Positions 59,399 to 64,000 of a stretch of 64,000 nt of DNA are shown piece by piece (within the stretch, counting starts at the first letter, position 1; each line of letters starts with the position of its first letter). A model generated the notes under the pieces. That model searched no databases. It was not told where the DNA came from and worked only from the letters and a program-made list of their open reading frames with translations. This DNA is from Raillietiella orientalis (taxonomy: Eukaryota). A program made the position numbers and the translations under genes. Location of the stretch: positions 248,001 through 312,000 of the forward strand of contig JAYWIR010000076.1 in assembly GCA_036172245.1 (NCBI GenBank), in the 5' to 3' direction.

Positions 59399-59605
59399 TT
59401 TCTTCCCAGCCCTCCAAATTCTTTTTGTTTTTCTGTTTTCTTTTTCTTTTTGTTGTTCATCACTACCTTCCGCTGCCGAGGACAGTCGCGCCAGTCTGCG
59501 TACCGGCGACCCGGCAGGTTCTGTTGAGTTGGCCGTAGTCTGGCCTAGTACCACTAATTGTAAAGAGAGTTTACAATAAACGCTCCAGCGTGACCAAGTG
59601 GCAAC

Positions 59606-60234
59606 GCAAAGGGAGAAATAATAACTCCGCACGAGATGCCGTACCGACGTCGTGGACGAACATTCCCGGCCCTGGTCGTCCAGCAAGCTGGACGACCCGG
59701 AATGCAAAGCTTGCCGTTCGGCCCCAGCGCGGTACTCGGCCAGGCGACAAACATTAGGGGTTCTCTCGTACCTACGGGCCTGTAAATAGGCCCGATGGTT
59801 GCGAGGACCCTCGCCGAATCCGAGGGGCAGGCGGTCCAGGGGGAACTGCTCGCAGAACTCCCGGACCGAGGCCTTGAGAAGGTCACAATCCGAGAGATTC
59901 TGGAGCGTGACGCCTCTCAGGAATTCGCGAAGGTGTTTCTTCGCACCTAAGAGTCGCGTCCAGTCCCCCAGCAGACGCCAATCCCTGGATGGCGGTCCTT
60001 TGTCGCGAGGCCGCATCTCGAAAATTAGCCGGGAATGGTCCGACAACGTCGACACAACCCTCCCCCGTTTGCCGACGCGTGAACACAGGTCAGCGTCCAG
60101 GAAGACGTGGTCGATGCTGCTGACCATTCCTTTCTCACCCGCGAACAAGCTGCGCGCACGCATGGCGGCGCACAACTCGTTCATCGCGTTCACTTGTGTT
60201 TTCGGCTCACCTGTTAGCAGGAAGAGATTGAAAT
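59606..60234 (-). pseudogene. A-family ORF2 fragment (copy A4), from GDFN into the linker; host of B3
   Basis: FNLFLLTGEPKTQVNAMNELCAAMRARSLF..LSDH..VRHLVRSYY, nearly identical to 56274-56900. Confidence 0.88.
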
Positions 60235-63200
60235 TTATCACCCGGTCACGCCGGGGCGTTTATTAATAATAATAAACTGGTCAGGGACAATGTCCCCAAC
60301 CAAGAGAACGACAGAGAACATATAAAAATTACCGGCACGCAGGCCTGGTAAACAAACCGCTCGCAGCGTGGGGGGAATGAGGGGAAACAAACAAAAATCA
60401 AAAACTGGAGGGAAGGGAAAAGGGTTTTTGGTTAGGCTCCGTACTCACGGGGATTTATACGATGAGCACCTCAAATGTTCCGGAGCCTATGGAGACGCGA
60501 GTGTAAAAAGAAAATGCAAAATTAGTTTATGGAGGGTAGGGCAATGATCACCGGGTTGGCCGCTGCTGAGGGTGTGTAAACCGGCGGTGTATTGCGGCGA
60601 GATTCCTTTTTGTCTCCTCTGTCAAATGAGGCCATCTAGCGGATGCTCCCATGTAGAAGGATGCTTTGCTGATTACCTCTTGGTGATGTCCGTTGATTAG
60701 TAACGCCTGGCGAACGGAAACTATCGCGCGTATGCAACCGATGGTTGCAATCCTTGCGCTTAGTGACAGCCCGCTCGGCGTGGAGAATCGTCGCAGCAAG
60801 TCTCTTGCGGTGTCCACGGGATGCATTAGTGCTGTTGCCAGCCTACGCCACAGTCCTTGTAGGACACCGCAGTCCAGAAGTAGGTGCGGAATCGACTCCG
60901 TCGATCCGCACCGAACGCAGTTCGCAGACGCAAGTCCACCGGAGTCACGATGCCAACACTCGTTGCACTGAAAACCCCAGTGAACGAAAAGCAGCACGGT
61001 TTGCTTCCAAGCAAGAGGAGGCAGCGAACTGTCCATAAACTGTGGAGGGACTACAAGTTCTTCGGGGGTGACAGCAAGTTCTTCTGCCCACCGGAGGAGT
61101 CCCTTTGCAGTAACACGAGGAGTGGCGGCGTCCGCCAACTCACTTGTCTTCCAGGTGCCAAGGAGTCTGGTTCTTCTAGCTATCGTGCAGAAAGCCTCCC
61201 ACCCCGCCTGTTGGTAACTGTCGTTTCTTGCCCTGAGGGCAGACAGCGCTGCGGCAAGAGGCGTGGCAGCCAGGGTAGAGAACTTCACCTCGTCCTGCAG
61301 TACTTCTTCCAAGGATCGTGGAAAAAATTGGCGCGAGGGGCGAAGATCTTTAGAGCGTATTCCTTGGAACGCCGCCCAGGATTCAACAGACTCCTGTCGC
61401 CAAGCTTCAAAGTTCATTGGGCGGCAGGAGATCCACGAGTGAGCTTCCAGAAGTGCGGTCAACTGCCGCAATGGAAACCCGAAACCCCGCTTCCTGTATT
61501 GAGTGCCCGGCAAAAGCGAGAGAAATCCTCCGCTGCCGGCGCATCTCCGCAGGAGAATGCGGGCTGGCACACACTGGGGTGATGTCCATAGCTGGGCACA
61601 CAGTGCCAGCAGTCGGAACTGCACCTGCAGTCCGATTCCCTCCATTGTCAAGATACCCAAACCAGCATCCCGACGCGGAGCTAACAAATCTTTAAGGCGG
61701 ATCCTGGATCTCGCCGGACCCCAGAGAACGTTCCTGAGCAGGCGTTTAGCCCGCTGTTTTGCCGCATAGGGGGGGTCCAAAACAAAAAACAGGGGACGGA
61801 GGAGGGGGGCCACAAAGGTGTTCCAAATAGTCGCCCGTTCCTGCAAGGTAAACTTGCCGTTAAAGAACGGGCTGATGGCCAACTCTGCTTTCTGAAGACA
61901 GTCCGCCCACGCTTCGGCTGCTTCGAAAGCGCCCAACGGAACGTCCAGGTACTTAAAGTACCCGCTCGTGGGGATCCCCAGGCGGATCCAGTCGGACTGC
62001 CCCTCCCACGACGTACCCACAGGAACGACCACGCTCTTCTCTCTGTTTACGCTCATGCACGCTCCCCGACGAATCAGGTCGAAGAAATCCTCGACACTGG
62101 ACGCCGGGGTGGACATGGGGAGCAGAAGAAGCAGGTCATCAGCGTAAGCGGCCACGGCAGGCGTTCCCGGGCAGGAGCTTGGCAAGTGAGACAGCGTCAG
62201 CCTGTATGCTCTTAGCACCAACTCAAAGAAGATGCTGAAGAGCAACGGGCTTAAGCTGTCGCCCTGTCGGATGCCCCTACGAACGGGACTACCATACACG
62301 CGGCAGCCGCTGAAAGTAATGCAGGTTAGCGCGTGGCGCCAGCACGCGCGCAAATACAGCAGCAGTTGCGCCGGGAACCCAAGGCGTTCCATAAGCTCCA
62401 AAAGCAGCTTCTGGTTTACGCAGTCGAACGCCTTGTGGAGATCGACGGCGACAACCAAGGCACCTGGCGTTCCCTCCTGCCGTCGGCGCCTGTTCTTTTT
62501 GCCTGCGGCAGTGACTTTCGCAGCAGCCTGGCTTTGCTGCGTCACAACTTCCTGCAGCTGCATCCATGTACGCGCGAAAAGGATGTTCGCCTCCATGGAT
62601 CGTCCCGGAACCGCGTAGGTTTGTTCCGGGCTCACCACAGATTCCGCGATACTTCCTAACCGCGCGACCCACAGCTTGGAAAACAACTTGACGTCCGAGT
62701 TCACCAAGGTGATCGGACGCCAGTTGTTAAGTTGGCGCAAGTCTCCGCCTTTCGGCAGGAGACGCACCTTTGCTGAGCGGAAGGAATCAGGGACATTCCC
62801 GGATTCACTCATCAGCGTCGCGAGTTTAAGCATCAAGGGAATGAGCTCCACTGCAAAGCACTGATAAAACTCTGCAGGGAGTTCATCCTCGCCTGGCGCC
62901 TTTCGTCTCTTCAGCCCAGCGATTGCGGACGAAAATTCATCCGCCGTGAAGTGCTCGTCGAGACGTTCGCGTTCCTCCTCGCCGACAACACGAGCATCCT
63001 GAGACAGGAGTATCTCAGAAAGAATATCCTCCGTCGGGGATTCCGCGTAGAGCGAGGAGTAGTAGCGTCTCACAATGCGGCGTACTTCGGCTGGGGCCGA
63101 ACATTCCTGGCCCTTGTCGTCCAACAGGCATGCTGCTCCGGACTGCCAGACCTGGCGCTCGGCCCTCGCCTTGTACTCTGCGAGACGCCCGACATCAGCG

Positions 63201-64000
63201 CGTCTCGAAAACGTGCGGGCCTGCAGAAAGTCTCTACTGTTGGCCACACCCTCTCCGAAACCGCGTAAAAGTTGGTGCAAGGGGAATTGGCAGCAGAACT
63301 CGCGGACAGATCTTTTGAGATCGTCCCAGTCCGCAAGTTCTTGAATAGCAAAGCCTCGGAGGTATCCACGTAGAAGCTCCGCAGCCTCCGGTTGGCTAAG
63401 CCAATCCGCCTGCATCCTCCAGTTTTGCAACGGAGGCCCCCTGCCTGGCGGAAGGATCTCAAACTCCAACCTGTGGTGGTCAGAAAGCTCAGTCAACAAT
63501 CTTCCTCTCCTACTCACACGCGAATGCAGGTTTTCATCGAGGAAAACGTGATCGAGCGATCTTTCCATTCCAGGTTCGCTGACCATCAAGTTGGCGGCGT
63601 GCACGGACGCGCACATCTCGATGGGCAGCGCGCGTTCCCTCGGGCGGCTCCAATCGTCGGAGAGCAGGCGGACGTTGAAGTCCCCAGCGACGAGGTGCGC
63701 CACTTGGAAGCCGAAGTTGTTGAGCCACTGGCTCTGCACCTCACCAAAGAAAGCTACTCTTTCTTCGAGGTAGCGAGAGCCACTCGGCGCGAAGACGTTC
63801 GTAACGACGAGATCGATAGACTCGGACCACTGGATGACAAGCTGGCCTACCCGTCCGTCGTCGTCGAAACGAACACTACGCACCGCTTCCGCCATTTTTC
63901 CTCTTACGAGGAACGCGACGCCGCACGTGTGTGCGCCGCCGCACCGCCAATGTAGCGTTCCGCCTGCGCGCTCCTCGATTTCGGCTGCCTGCTCGTCGGA
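60235..64000 (-). mobile_element. B-family LINE (copy B3); 5' part lies beyond the window
   Basis: 3' end AATAAACGCCCCGGCGTGACCGGGTGATAA followed by ATTTCAATC (60226-60234). 3' UTR matches B2. Confidence 0.93.
60548..64000 (-). CDS. LINE ORF2 polyprotein (APE endonuclease, reverse transcriptase, zinc finger); open frame, 5'-partial
   Basis: 1115-aa ORF whose frame stays open to the window edge. GDFN, SLDHVF, LSDH, NWRPITL, DLHKAFD, GIRQGDSLSP, YADD and CVRCGSTESIPHLLLDC all present. Confidence 0.93.
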   Translation of the reverse strand, partial: SDEQAAEIEERAGGTLHWRCGGAHTCGVAFLVRGKMAEAVRSVRFDDDGRVGQLVIQWSESIDLVVTNVFAPSGSRYLEERVAFFGEVQSQWLNNFGFQVAHLVAGDFNVRLLSDDWSRPRERALPIEMCASVHAANLMVSEPGMERSLDHVFLDENLHSRVSRRGRLLTELSDHHRLEFEILPPGRGPPLQNWRMQADWLSQPEAAELLRGYLRGFAIQELADWDDLKRSVREFCCQFPLHQLLRGFGEGVANSRDFLQARTFSRRADVGRLAEYKARAERQVWQSGAACLLDDKGQECSAPAEVRRIVRRYYSSLYAESPTEDILSEILLSQDARVVGEEERERLDEHFTADEFSSAIAGLKRRKAPGEDELPAEFYQCFAVELIPLMLKLATLMSESGNVPDSFRSAKVRLLPKGGDLRQLNNWRPITLVNSDVKLFSKLWVARLGSIAESVVSPEQTYAVPGRSMEANILFARTWMQLQEVVTQQSQAAAKVTAAGKKNRRRRQEGTPGALVVAVDLHKAFDCVNQKLLLELMERLGFPAQLLLYLRACWRHALTCITFSGCRVYGSPVRRGIRQGDSLSPLLFSIFFELVLRAYRLTLSHLPSSCPGTPAVAAYADDLLLLLPMSTPASSVEDFFDLIRRGACMSVNREKSVVVPVGTSWEGQSDWIRLGIPTSGYFKYLDVPLGAFEAAEAWADCLQKAELAISPFFNGKFTLQERATIWNTFVAPLLRPLFFVLDPPYAAKQRAKRLLRNVLWGPARSRIRLKDLLAPRRDAGLGILTMEGIGLQVQFRLLALCAQLWTSPQCVPARILLRRCAGSGGFLSLLPGTQYRKRGFGFPLRQLTALLEAHSWISCRPMNFEAWRQESVESWAAFQGIRSKDLRPSRQFFPRSLEEVLQDEVKFSTLAATPLAAALSALRARNDSYQQAGWEAFCTIARRTRLLGTWKTSELADAATPRVTAKGLLRWAEELAVTPEELVVPPQFMDSSLPPLAWKQTVLLFVHWGFQCNECWHRDSGGLASANCVRCGSTESIPHLLLDCGVLQGLWRRLATALMHPVDTARDLLRRFSTPSGLSLSARIATIGCIRAIVSVRQALLINGHHQEVISKASFYMGASARWPHLTEETKRNLAAIHRRFTHPQQRPTR

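Larger units (their letters stand above)
47929..59605 (+). mobile_element. Full-length A-family LINE (copy A3), split by B2 at GDFN
   Basis: CGGACGTGTT at 47933. ORF1 48020-49898. EN N-half to 50366, resuming at 56274. RT (AYADD) and finger to about 59398. AATAAA at 59575; ends GTGGCAAC like A1. Confidence 0.9.

Noticed and set aside
59207..60241. 344-aa ORF that looks like a standalone gene
   Set aside because: It is a chimera of the B3 tail, the A4 ORF2 fragment and the antisense A3 3' UTR.
1..64000. Prokaryotic RT systems (retron, DGR, group II intron), CRISPR arrays, LTRs, tRNA/rRNA
   Set aside because: The RTs are fused to APE and paired with CCHC ORF1 and AATAAA ends. I saw no repeat-spacer array, LTR pair or structural RNA.

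Overview
Eukaryotic DNA made almost entirely of nested, GC-rich non-LTR retrotransposons of the L1/Tx1 group. Each has a gag-like ORF1 with two CCHC knuckles and an ORF2 with AP-endonuclease, RT (YADD) and a C-terminal CCHC finger. At least five related families (my labels A, A', B/B', C, D, E) are inserted into each other across 1-17.4 kb and 27.5-64 kb. An AT-richer island with no recognisable LINE (about 17.5-27.5 kb) lies between the two nests, and I could not assign it. Main observation: B-family elements repeatedly sit exactly in the codons of the GDFN endonuclease catalytic motif of other LINE families. The target/TSD is ATTTCAATC, seen at 4 GDFN junctions in A- and D-type hosts, plus a head-to-tail B'/B' junction carrying the same TTCAATC. 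Conversely, an A' element sits antisense in the D-x-x-K-A-F-D RT catalytic motif of a B copy (perfect 14-bp TSD), and two A junctions map to the same P-x-G-F-G codons of rival ORF2s. This suggests target-specific LINEs that inactivate competing LINEs. The families also share a 5' CGGACGTGTT motif, a 3' AATAAA plus GC hairpin with almost no poly(A), and a -1 ORF1/ORF2 junction (TAATG, or no ATG at all). All comparisons were made by eye and family labels are informal. No host protein-coding or RNA gene could be supported.
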